Source: an uncultured Acidobacteriota bacterium
GTDB lineage: Bacteria > Acidobacteriota > Thermoanaerobaculia > UBA5066 > DATFVB01
NCBI GenBank assembly: GCA_963813155.1
Contig: CAWEYG010000004.1
Coordinates: 40,328-104,327 of the forward strand
Direction of reading: 5' to 3'
Length of the DNA stretch: 64,000 nucleotides
Made by a program: the position numbers and the translations under genes. Under the pieces are notes generated by a model. That model made no database searches. It was not told the DNA's origin and was given only the letters and a program-made list of their open reading frames with translations. Positions within the stretch are counted from its first letter, which is position 1. Each line of letters begins with the position of its first letter. This document shows positions 19,181 to 29,599 of this stretch, in pieces.

Positions 19181-21784
19181 ATGACCCTCTCCGCCGGGAC
19201 CCGGCTCGGGCCCTACGAGATCGTTTCGCCGCTCGGCGCGGGCGGCATGGGCGAGGTGTACAAGGCGCGCGACACGCGACTCGGGCGCGAAGTCGCCGTC
19301 AAGGTCCTGCCGGAGACGTTCGCGCGGGATCCCGAACGTCTCACGCGCTTCGAACGCGAGGCGCGCGCGGCGTCCGCCCTGTCCGATCCGCACATCGTCG
19401 CGGTGTACGACGTCGGCCGCGAAGGCGAAACGCACTTTTTCGTGAGCGAGCTCGTCGAGGGCTCGGACCTTCGAAGCCGGCTGGAATCGGGAGGCCTGCC
19501 GGCGAAAAAGGCTCTCGAGCTGGCCGAGCAGATCGCGAGCGGCCTCGCGGCCGCCCACGAGAAAGGAATCGTCCATCGCGATCTCAAGCCGGAGAACATC
19601 CTGATCACGAAATCCGGACTGGCCAAGATCGCCGACTTCGGGCTCGCGAAGCTCACGGAGTCTTCGGAGGCGGGCGTTTCGGAGCTGCCCGACTTCCGAC
19701 GGGCATCAGACGACGGCCGGCGTCGTCATGGGAACGGTCAGCTACATGTCGCCGGAGCAGGCTCGCGGAGGGACGGTCGATTTCCGGTCGGATCAGTTTT
19801 CCTTCGGGTCGATCCTCTACGAGATGCTGACCGGAAAGCAGGCCTTCAAGAGGGGCAGCGCGCCGGAAACGATGTCCGCCATCATCCGGGAGGAGCCGTT
19901 GCCCGTGGCGGAGATCGCGCCGGGCGTCGCGGCGCCGCTGGCCTGGCTCGTCGAGCGATGTCTGGCGAAGGACCCTCAGGAGCGATTCGCCTCGACCCGC
20001 GACCTCGCGCGCGACCTCGCGAGCCTGAGTCAGCATTTGTCGGCATCGGCCACCGGTCTCCGCCGACGCTCGCCGCGGCATCGAATCGACGTCCGCTCGC
20101 CCTGCCTCTCGCGGCGGCGGCGATCGTCGCGGCCGGCTGTTCTCGGCGCGCTTCTCGCGCGGCAGCAGCGGCGCGCCCCGACTGCCGACTCTCCAGCAGC
20201 TCACGTTTCGCCGCGGAGTCGTGACCGGCGCCCGTTTCACGCCGGACGGCCGGAGCATCGTCTACTCGGCCCGCTGGGGCGGCGGCCAGAGCGGCGATCT
20301 ACTCGGTCCGGCCCGCGAGCCCGGAATCGCGGTCGCTCGAGATTCCGGGAGCGACACTCCTGGCCGTCTCGTCGAACGAAGAGCTCGCGATCAAGCTTCG
20401 CCCGAAGCTGTGGAGCGGGTTTCTGCACGGCACGCTCGGGCGCGTGCCGTTCGGCGGCGGCGTTCCGCGCGAGGTGATGGACAACGTTCAGGACGCCGAC
20501 TGGACGCCCGACGGCAGCTCTCTCGCCGTTCTTCGTTTCGGTCTCTCGGCGGCGGTGCGCTGGGTGATCGAGCTTCCGCCCGGGAAAACGCTCTACGAAG
20601 ATCCCTCCGCGCCCGTCATCGGGGTCCGGATATCGCCCGACGGCTCACGCCTCGCGGTGGCGGAGGGAGGGTTTCTCGGGCTTCCGACGGCGATCCGTCG
20701 TCGTCGACCGAAGCGGAAAAGCCCGCGTGCTCGCGGAGGCGGTCGTGACCGGCGTCGCCTGGTCGGCTGGCGGCGGAGAGATCTGGTTTTCGCAGGACGA
20801 CGGCGTCGGCTCGAGCAGTTTGTGGGCCGTCGACTCTCTCGGGCAGGAAGCGCCTGATCCTTCGCCACGCGGGAGCGATGATCCTGCGGGACATCTCCCG
20901 CGACGGAGCCGTTCTCGCCACCGTCGGGCATCCGCAACTGAGCGTGATGTTCAAGGGCCCGGGCGACTCGGCGGAGCAGGATCTGGCGTGGCTCGACGGC
21001 TCGCAGGCCGTGGCGATCTCGGAGGACGGGAAGACGCTGCTTCTCAACGAAACGGGTGTCGGCGCGGGACCGGGGGGAGCCTTCTATCTTCGGAGCCACC
21101 GACGGCTCGCCCGCCGTCCGGCTCGGCGAGGGCATCGCAAACGCGCTCTCGGCCGACGGAAAATGGGTCACGGCGAGGCCTCGGGAGTCTCGCGACCGCG
21201 TCATGGTCGTGCCGACCGGCGCCGGGCAGACCCGCACGATCCGGCTCCCTTACGGCTGCGATCAGTGGTGGTTCTTTCCCGACGGCAAGCGGCTTCTCGT
21301 CAACGGCGTGCTTCCCGGGAGCAACGCGCCCGGGATCAGCTCGATCGGGCTCGACGGGCAGAATCCGAAGCGAATCGCGCCGGATGGATGGGACAGCTTC
21401 TTCGGCGAGGTGCCGATCTCGCCCGACGGGAAATGGATCGACAGCCAGAGCGGCGGGTTGGACGACGTTTCCCTTCGGCTCTATCCGACGGACGGAAGCC
21501 TCGCTTTCCGGACCGTGCCGGGCTTCGAGTCGGACGACGTCGTGATGCGCTGGACGCCCGACGGCCGGGGCCTCTACGTTTTCAAGCGCAACGAGCTGCC
21601 GGCCAGGGTCTTTCGCCTCGACATCGAAACCGGAAAGAGGACGCTCCTGTTCGCTCTGAAACCGGAGGACGGCGCGGGCGTGACGAGGATCCCGATCGTC
21701 GTGATGACTCCCGACGCAAAGTCGTACGCCTACAACATCACGCGCGAGCTTTCGGACCTGTATTTGATTCGAGGGTTGAAATGA
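19181..21784 (+). pseudogene. Ser/Thr protein kinase - TM - PD40/TolB-like beta-propeller, frame broken about 8 times
   Basis: The kinase motifs ([27 protein letters not shown]) and propeller pieces are spread over ORFs 19181, 19728, 20221, 20444, 20727, 20878 and 21056. The order and junctions follow the downstream paralog. Switches lie near 19690, 20030-20075, 20125-20135, 20170-20180, 20285-20297, 20690-20702, 20848-20855 and 21092. Confidence 0.8.
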
Positions 21785-21824
21785 CCCGTCTTCGCGATCC
21801 TCGCTTCGGCGCGGCGAGCCCATC

Positions 21825-24406
21825 ATGAGCCTATCGGGCGGCACACGTCTCGGACCTTACGAGATCCTCTCGCCGCTCGGCGCCGGCGGGATGGGCGAGG
21901 TTTACCGGGCGCGCGACACGAAGCTCGATCGCGGCGTGGCGATCAAGATCCTCCCGGAGCGCCTTGCGACCGATGAGGACGCCCTCGAGAGGTTCGAGCG
22001 CGAGGCGAAGGCGGTCGCGGCGCTCAACCATCCCAACATCCTGGGGATCTACGACTTCGGAAAAGAGGGGAGCGTCTCGTATGCCGCGATGGAGCTTCTC
22101 GAAGGCGAAACCCTTCGGGAGAAGCTCGGTTCTCCTGTTCCCGTTCGAAAGGCGATCGAATACGCGGTCCAAGTTGCCCAGGGCCTCGCGGCTGCCCACG
22201 AAAAGGGGATCGTTCACCGTGACCTAAAACCCGAAAACCTGTTCGTCACAAACGACGGCCGCGTCAAGATCCTCGACTTCGGTCTCGCGAAGGTCGTTGC
22301 GGCCGAGATTCCGGGAACCAACGCGCCGACCGCCGCCCTCGGCACCGAACCCGGTGTCGTGATGGGGACGGTCGGCTACATGTCTCCCGAACAGGTGAGG
22401 GCGCGGCCGGCCGACCACCGCTCGGACATTTTTTCCTTCGGCGCGATCCTCTACGAAATGCTCTCGGGCAAGCGTGCCTTCCGCGGCGACTCCGCCGCCG
22501 AGACGATGGCCGCCATCGCGAACACAGACCCGCCGGAGCTTTCGACGACGAGTGCGAACGTCTCGCCGACGCTCGACGGGATTGTCCGGCACTGTCTCGA
22601 GAAGAGCCCGTCGGAACGCTTTCAGTCGGCTCGCGACCTTGCCTTCGACCTGCAGGCATCCTCGACATCATCGGCGCGAAGCGGAACCACGGCGCGCTTC
22701 GCGGGCCGCGGCGTTCGCATTCCCACGCTCGCGGCGGCGGTCGCGGCGGTCGCGGTGGTTCTCGCGCTCTCGGCGGCGTTTCGGGTGGGGTCGGCCGTCG
22801 GCGAGCGGCGGGCCCGGTCGCATCCTCCGAGTTTTCAGCGGCTGACGTTCCGCCGGGGGACGGTCCTGGACGCGAGATTTTCGAGCGACGGAAAGACTCT
22901 GGTGTATTGCGCCGCGTGGCAGGGAGAGCCTCCGTCGCTCTACTCGGCTCGCGCGACGGCCCCGCAGTCCCAGAAGCTCGATCTGCCGCCCGCGACTCTC
23001 TTCTCGATTTCGCGGTCGGACGAAGTGCTCGATCGGCCTCGGCTGGCACTTCACGATCGGCTACACGTCCGAAGCGACGCTCGCGCGGGCGGGGATCTCG
23101 GGGGGAGCGCCGAAACCGATTGCCGAGCGCGTCGTTTCGGCGGACTGGAGCCCGGATGGCCAGACGATGGCGATCTCCCGGTTCGTGGGCGAGAGCAACG
23201 TTCTCGAGTATCCGATCGGGCACGTCCTCTATTCGACGGTCAACTGGATCGACAACGTTCGAGTTTCGGCCGACGGAAATCGGGTGGCTTTCGCCGACCA
23301 CGACGTCCGGGGCGACAGCGCGGGAGACGTGGTCGTGATCGACCGGCAGGGCAAGACAAGGAAGATCATCCGGGCGGCGAAGAGCATCGCCAATCTCGTG
23401 TGGTCGCCCGACGGACGCGAGATCTGGTGGAGCGGCGACCGAACGGGCAACGCCAACGTGGTCGAAGCCGTCGATCTCTCCGGCCGCGAGCGCGCGGTTT
23501 TTGGGAGCGGAGCGAGCAGTGTCGTGTCGGACATTTCCGCGACCGGGGGAGCGCTCATGATTCAGTCCAGCGCCCGGCGCGAGTTGAGTCTGGTGACGCG
23601 GGAGTCGCCCGCCGAGCGCGACCTGTCGTGGCTCGACTGGTCCTTCCCGACCGATCTCTCGGCGGACGGCCGCCGGGTCCTCATCTCCGAGCAGGGCGAC
23701 GCGACGAAGGTGGATTACATTCTCTTTCTTCGCCCGACCGATGGATCGTCCGGCATCGAGGTCGGCCTCGGTCTCGGCTCGACGATCTCGCCCGATGGCA
23801 GGTACGTCGTATCGGTGCGCCGCGCGGGCGACGAGTACCTGATGGTTTATCCAACCGGCATCGGTCAGCCGAAGGAGATCGCGTTTCCCGGCCTCAAGCC
23901 GATCTGGGCCTGCTGGTTTCCCGACGGCCGCCGCCTCCTCGTGAGCGCGGATTCGACCGAAGCGTCCGGCCGGCTTCTACGAGAAAGACCTTCAAAGCGG
24001 AGCCCTCCGTCCGGTAGCGTCGCCGCCGCTCAATCCCTTCCATTTCCGCGTCTCTCCGAATGGCGAGACCGTGGCGGGCATGTCGCCGGACGAAAAGATC
24101 ACGCTCGTGTCGCTTCGGACGGGCGTATCGCGAACTTTTCCCGACGACCTGCTGGCCGGCGACGTGCTCGCCTGGAGCGCCGACGGCCGCTCGCTGTATT
24201 TCTCGGACCGAATGCCGATGCCCGCGAGCGTCTATCGCCTCGACATCGCTACGGGCCGGCGGGAGCTCGTCCGGGAAGTCGTGCCGCAGGATCGCGCCGG
24301 CGTTCAGGCGATCGCGCCCGTGTTCACGACGCCCGACGGCGGGACGATCGCATTTTCGTTTCGGCGAATTCTCGACGACCTGTTTCTCGTCGACGGATTA
24401 AAGTAG
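21825..24406 (+). CDS. Ser/Thr protein kinase - TM - PD40/TolB-like beta-propeller, frame broken twice
   Basis: The kinase domain and TM segment are in ORF 21825..24017. The propeller continues in ORF 23167..24459 (switch near 23030) and then in ORF 24071..24406 (switch near 23950-23965). It ends ..[14 protein letters not shown], matching the ..[11 protein letters not shown] ending of the upstream paralog. Confidence 0.8.
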
Positions 24407-25489
24407 TTACATCCGGACGAGGCCGGCGCCCCAGTGAAGCCCCGCGCCGAGCGCGGTGAAGCAAACGAGGTCGCCGGCCTTCACTTTGCCAGCCTCCTTC
24501 GCCTCGTGGAAGACGAGCGGGAGCGTCGCGGCCGTCGTGTTGCCGTACTTCTGGATGTTGTTGAAGACTTTCTCGTCCGGAAGGCCAAGCGCCTTCTGAA
24601 CCGCTTCGTTGATGCGGAGGTTCGCCTGGTGCATCAGGAGGAGCGAGATGTCTTCCACGGCGAGCCCGTGCTTCGCGGCGATCTCGCGAACGATCGCGGG
24701 CATCGCGGTCGTCGCGAGCTTGAAGACCTGCCGGCCTTCGACGATCGGGATTTCCCGGTGGGCGTCGAGGGCGTCCTTCGTCACGTAGGGAAAGGAGGCC
24801 GAGCCGAGCGAGGGAACGTAGAGCTTGTCCCAGTGGTGGCCGTCCGTCCGCATCTCGAATCCGAGGAAGCCCCGGCCGTCGCCGGAGTCGTTCGCTTCGA
24901 GCAGAAACGCGCCGGCGGCGTCGCCGAAGATCACGGCGCGGTCGCGGATGGAAGTGCCGAACGCGTAGGTTTCGGGGGAAGGCGCCTCCTCCGTCTCCCC
25001 GAACAGGATCCGCCATTCGGTATCGCTCCAGGGATAGAAGGCGGCGTGGCATTCGGCGCCGACCAGGAGAACCCGGCGATACGTTCCCGAACGGATGAAC
25101 GCGTCGCTGACCTGCAACCCGGAGAGAAATCCGGCGCATTGCATGCGGATGTCGAGAGCGGGCGTGCCCGAGAGTCCGAGTCTCGCGGCGACGATTCCTC
25201 CGTTTCCCGGAAAATAGTGGGCCGGCGTCATCGTCGCGAAGACGATCAGGTCGACGTCGGACGCCGCCAGCCCGGCGGATTCGAGCGCCCGCTTCGCCGC
25301 CTCGTAGCCCAGGTCCGCGGAGGAGGTCCCCTTCCGGGCGTAGTGGCGCTCGCGGATTCCCGTCCGCTGCTGGATCCACTCGTCGTTCGTGTCCATCAGG
25401 CGGGAGAGGCGCTCGTTGGTGACCACGCCGTCGGGCACGAAGAGCCCCGAGCCCCGGATCACGGATTGGACGGACGGGGAAGGAATCAT
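24407..25489 (-). CDS. fabH: beta-ketoacyl-ACP synthase III
   Basis: It is 360 aa and contains DEWIQQRTGIRERH, the active-site region QCAGF and the C-terminal GAGLHWGA. Its stop directly abuts the kinase stop. Confidence 0.9.
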   Translation of the reverse strand: MIPSPSVQSVIRGSGLFVPDGVVTNERLSRLMDTNDEWIQQRTGIRERHYARKGTSSADLGYEAAKRALESAGLAASDVDLIVFATMTPAHYFPGNGGIVAARLGLSGTPALDIRMQCAGFLSGLQVSDAFIRSGTYRRVLLVGAECHAAFYPWSDTEWRILFGETEEAPSPETYAFGTSIRDRAVIFGDAAGAFLLEANDSGDGRGFLGFEMRTDGHHWDKLYVPSLGSASFPYVTKDALDAHREIPIVEGRQVFKLATTAMPAIVREIAAKHGLAVEDISLLLMHQANLRINEAVQKALGLPDEKVFNNIQKYGNTTAATLPLVFHEAKEAGKVKAGDLVCFTALGAGLHWGAGLVRM

Positions 25490-25493
25490 CGGC

Positions 25494-25997
25494 TCAGGCG
25501 TCGAGTGCCATTCGGATCTCCGGGCTCCGGCGCAGTGTCTGGTAGACGACGCAGTAGCGTTCGGTGAGCTCGATCAACCTGCGCTGCTCTTCGGGGGACG
25601 CGTCGGAGTCCAGCTCGATGAAGAGGCGGATCTCGCGGAAGCCGACGGGCGCGTCCTTCGAGACCGCGAGGGTTCCCCGAAAGTCGAGATCGCCCTCGGC
25701 TCGGAGCTTCCCGCCGCGAACCGAAAGACCGAGCGAGGTCGCGACGGCCGAAAGCGTCACGCCGGCGCACGCGACGAGCGCCTGCAGGAGCATGTCTCCG
25801 GAGCAGGCCTGGAGGCCCGTTCCTCCCGTCGCGGGATGCAGGCCGGCTTCGACGAGCGCGCGGCCCGTCGCGACACTGCACGAAACGTTTTCTCCGAGAG
25901 TGCCCTCGGCTCGCAGCGTCACGAGGGCGCCATCGGGCTCCTCCCTGTAACGCGCTTTGAGCGGCGCCTGCAGTCCTTGAAGCTCTTCGCGGTTCAT
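25494..25997 (-). CDS. OsmC-family peroxiredoxin-like protein
   Basis: It is 167 aa with OsmC-like conserved Cys contexts (ACSGDMLLQALVACAG). Confidence 0.75.
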   Translation of the reverse strand: MNREELQGLQAPLKARYREEPDGALVTLRAEGTLGENVSCSVATGRALVEAGLHPATGGTGLQACSGDMLLQALVACAGVTLSAVATSLGLSVRGGKLRAEGDLDFRGTLAVSKDAPVGFREIRLFIELDSDASPEEQRRLIELTERYCVVYQTLRRSPEIRMALDA

Positions 25998-26032
25998 GCG
26001 AAAGAAGAATTTAGCACGGCTAGAATAAGGAT

Positions 26033-29000
26033 ATGAGTTTGACGACCGGCGCTCGCCTGGGTCCCTACGAAATCGTCGCTCCTCTCGGCGCCGGAGGCAT
26101 GGGAGAAGTGTACCGGGCGAGGGACGTGCGCCTCGGCCGCGAAGTGGCGGTCAAGGTATTGCCCGAAGAGTTCGGGCGGGATCCCGAGCGCCGGCAGCGA
26201 TTCGAGCGGGAAGCTCGCGCCGCTTCCGCCCTGTCCAGCCCTCATATCGTGACGGTCTTCGACGTCGGCCAGGAGGCCGAGGTCTGTTTCCTCGTGACCG
26301 AGCTCGTCGAGGGCGGTGACCTGCGCTCCCTCATCGGCAGTTCCGGTCTCACGGTCGAAAGAGATCGTCGCTCTCGCGCACCAGATCGCCGTCGGCCTTT
26401 CCGAAGCGCACGAGAAGGGAATCGTCCATCGCGACCTGAAACCGGAGAACGTTCTCGTCTCGAAATCGGGGGCGGCGAAGATCGCCGATTTCGGTCTTGC
26501 GAAAGTGTCGGCGAACGACGGAGACGACCTGTCTCAAATGTTGACGACCGACCGGGAGATGACCAGCCAGGGGGTCATCCTGGGGACGCTGCCCTACATG
26601 TCCCCCGAACAGGCGCGCGGAGAGAGAGTCGACTTCCGGTCGGACCAGTTCGCGCTCGGCGCGATCATCTACGAGCTCTTGACGGGGTCTCGCCGTTCAA
26701 GCGCCCGACGGCGGTGCTGACTCTCTCCGCGGTGATGGACCACGATCCACCGGCGCTGGGGGAGCATCGCAGCGGGCTGCCGGCTCGGTTCGAGAGAATC
26801 GTCCGTCGCTGCCTGGCAAAGGACAGGGAAGCGCGGTACCACTCGACGAAGGACCTCGCGCGGGACCTTCTCGACGCGTCCCGGCCCACGGTCGCGCCGT
26901 CGAAATCCGCGGCCTTGCCGCCCAGCCCGACTTTCGGGCGGACCCGCGAGCTCGAGGGGCTTCGGGCCCTTCTCGAACGAAGGGACGTTCGCCTGCTGAC
27001 GCTGACGGGCCCGGCCGGGATCGGAAAGACACGCCTCGCTCGCCAGGTCGCCTACGAGCTCGCGTCCGATTTCCCGGGCGGTGTGGAGTTCGTGTCTCTC
27101 GCGACTCTCAGCAATCCTTCGCTGCTGATTTCGGCCATCGCGAAATCGCTCGGGGTCGGCGAGCAGCCGGGCCGGCCGCTCGACGAGTCCCTTCGGGAGC
27201 ATCTGGCCGGCCGGGCCGGGGGCGCGACGCTCCTCGTTCTGGACAACTTCGAGCATCTCGTCTCGGAGGCCGGAGCGCTTCCGCCCATTCTCGACGCGGC
27301 GCCCGGGGTCAAGATTCTCGCGACGAGCCGCTCGGTGCTTCGCCTCTACGGCGAGCAGGAATTCCCGGTTCCGCCGCTCGAAACTCCGCGAGCGGGTGGC
27401 CGCGCCACGCCGGAGGCTCTCGAGACCATCGCTTCGGTCGAGCTCTTTCTCCAGAGGGCGCGCGCCGTGGCGCCGGATTTCTCGCTGACCGCCGAGAATG
27501 CGTCCGAAATCGCCGAGATCTGCCGGCGCCTGGAAGGAGTGCCCCTCGCGTTGGAGCTCGCCGCCGCGCGGGTCAAATTGTTCGCTCCCCGGACCCTGCT
27601 GGGACGCCTGGAGAAACGGCTCGATCTTCTGACGGGCGGTCCGCGGGACTCGCCCGGCCGCCTTCAGACGCTGCGGGCGGCGATCGATTGGAGCCACGAT
27701 CTGCTCGACGATTCGGAGAGGACGCTCTTTCGCCGGATCGCGGTCTTCCGGGGCGGTTTCACGCTGGAGGGCGTCGAGGCGGTGTGCAACGCGCGCGAGG
27801 ACCTGAGCCTCGACGTTCTGGAAGGAGTTGCTTCGCTCCGGGACAAGAGTCTCCTTCTCCGAATCGAGGGTGAGGAGGAGGAGCCGCGTTTCGCCCAGCT
27901 GGAGACGATTCGCGAGTACGGGTCGGAGCAGTTGACGAAGAGCGCGGAGCAGGAGTCGGTCTGCCGCTGTCATGCGGCGTATTTCCTGGTTCTCGCCGAG
28001 GAGGCCGACGCGAAGCTGACGGGCCCCGAGGGCCCGGCGTGGTACACGCGCCTGAAGCAGGAGGAGGCCAACCTGCGGGCAGCCGTGGATTGGTTGACGC
28101 TCGGGAACGAGCCGGTCTGGGGCCTGCGTCTCGGCGCGGCCCTGCTTCGGTACTGGGAGAGGCAGGAGTATTTCTCCGAGGGACGCGCGCAGCTCGAGGG
28201 CCTGCTCGCCGTGGCGGGCGCGCAGGTCCGGACGCGGGAGCGCGCGAGAGCCCTGCTCGCGGCGGGCATCCTGTCCTTCGCCCAGGGCAACCTTGCCGCG
28301 GGAACCGCCCGCGCTCAGGAGAGTCTCGAGATCTTTCGCGAAGTCGGCGATCGCCGAGGATGGGTCGCGGCCTTGAACGATCTGGCGGTCGGCGCGTTTT
28401 CCCGGGGCGAGTACGCGACGGCGGCTCCTCTGTTCGAGGAAGCGATCCCGATTCTGGAAGAGATCGGCGACCGCCTCGCCGCGGAGCGCACGCGGATGAA
28501 CCTTGCGGACACACTGCGGGCTTCGGGAGACGAGGAACGCGCCCGCGCGCTATTCGAGCGGTGTGTTCAGGCATTCACCGATCTCGCGGACTTCGACGGC
28601 CTGGCGTGGACGATGAGTCATCTCGCCAGGATGGAGAGCGACCGCGGGGGCCGCGTCGAGGCAAGACAACTGCTGACCCACAGCCTTTCCCTTTTCGAGA
28701 AGACGGGGGATTTCGTCGGGGTCGCCAATTGCCGGAGCGACTTGAGCAGGATTGCGGGAGGGGAGGGCGATTTTCCGGCCGCCCGCGAGCACCTTCGCAG
28801 CGGTATTCTCGTGGCGAGACGCGAGGGACTGCGGAGAAGCCTTGCGCGCCTCGCCGACGACGCCTGCGCGATGGCCGTCGCCGAGGGGCGATCCGAGGCA
28901 GCGCGTCCGCCTGGCCGCATCGGTCGAATCGTTTCGGAGGAGCAGCGGCTTTCCCGCGCCCGCAGGTGGAACGGACCGATTTCGACGGGACTCTTTCGAG

Positions 29001-29118
29001 GGCGAGGGCGGCCCTGAGTGAATCGCGCGCGGAAAGCGCTTGGCGCGACGGCGCGTCGATGTCGATCGACGACGCGCTCGAGGAAACCCTGGCTATTCCG
29101 CCGTCGTCGGATCGATGA
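26033..29118 (+). CDS. Ser/Thr protein kinase fused to a STAND-type P-loop NTPase and TPR repeats, frame broken about 4 times
   Basis: Kinase subdomains VI-IX ([19 protein letters not shown]) are in ORF 26316..26720. The rest is in ORF 26033..29017, including the P-loop [22 protein letters not shown] and a long TPR region. The C-terminus continues through frames 28752 and 28039 to the stop at 29118. Switches lie near 26345, 26685, 28905 and 28950. Confidence 0.8.
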
Positions 29119-29367
29119 GGTTGCGAACGAGCGAGATTCGGCTTGCCGGAAAGCCGGATCTCGCGCGGCGTGCTGCTTGATGAGGTCTTCGTCGGGCGCG
29201 AGATAGACGCAGTAGAGCCTGTCGTCGGTCACGAAACTCTGCAGCCACTGGATGTTGGGTCCCAGCTCTTTCAGGGTCGCGAGCGATTTCTGGGCCGCGG
29301 CCTGCAACTCCGAGGGGGACATCTTTCCGGCTCCGGGGATTTCCCGTTCGATGACGAATTTCGGCAT
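29093..29367 (-). CDS. DUF4242-like small protein, frame broken once
   Basis: It reads MPKFVIEREIPGAGKMSPSELQAAAQKSLATLKELGPNIQWLQSFVTDDRLYCVYLAPDEDLIKQHAAR. After a switch near 29155-29165 it continues ..[26 protein letters not shown] lies 7 nt upstream of the ATG. Confidence 0.65.
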
Positions 29368-29416
29368 CCTGACCTCCGGCTTTCCGCCCAATTGTAGCAG
29401 GCTGGGCGGAACCTCC

Positions 29417-29445
29417 TTGACAGGGGACGGGGGCTCGACTAGAGT
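29417..29445 (+). promoter_or_regulatory. sigma70-like promoter for the aro/trp leader
   Basis: TTGACA (29417-29422), a 17-nt spacer, then TAGAGT (29440-29445). The leader ATG lies 9 nt downstream. Confidence 0.55.
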
Positions 29446-29454
29446 TCCGGCTCG

Positions 29455-29508
29455 ATGAAGATCGGCTTTTCGCCCAGCTGGTATTGGTATAACGAGGCAA
29501 CTCGGTAG
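29455..29508 (+). CDS. candidate attenuation leader peptide MKIGFSPSWYWYNEATR
   Basis: A 17-codon ORF with Phe at codon 5 and alternating Trp/Tyr at codons 9-12 (29479-29490). It is followed by overlapping alternative helices and a terminator, and it lies directly upstream of the aromatic supraoperon. Confidence 0.5.
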   Translation: MKIGFSPSWYWYNEATR

Positions 29509-29568
29509 GGCGAAGCTCGCCCTGCCGGAGAAATTCGGGCGGGGCGATCGAGAGAGCGGATTGAATCG

Positions 29569-29598
29569 AAACCCCCGGCCGAACCGGGGGTTTTGAAT
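29569..29598 (+). terminator. intrinsic terminator (attenuator) abutting the aroDE start
   Basis: AAACCCCCGG (29569-29578) pairs with CCGGGGGTTT (29584-29593) across a 5-nt loop, followed by TGAATTTT. The TTG start of aroDE is at 29600. Confidence 0.7.
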
Positions 29599-29599
29599 T

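Noticed and set aside
19181-29118. I considered programmed ribosomal frameshifting as an explanation for the split kinase, trpE and xseA genes.
   Set aside because: There are no slippery heptamers or conserved stimulatory structures at the junctions. The breaks occur in many unrelated genes, are mostly single extra bases, and are several per gene in the kinases. Sequence error or decay is far more parsimonious.
16891-29118. Convergent gene ends overlap or abut: def and the response regulator by 11 nt, kinase 2 and fabH with 0 nt between their stops, and kinase 3 and DUF4242 by 26 nt. I considered these as possible antisense regulation.
   Set aside because: Tight or overlapping convergent termini are common in compact GC-rich genomes. 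Some of the ends depend on frame repairs. Nothing specific supports a regulatory role.
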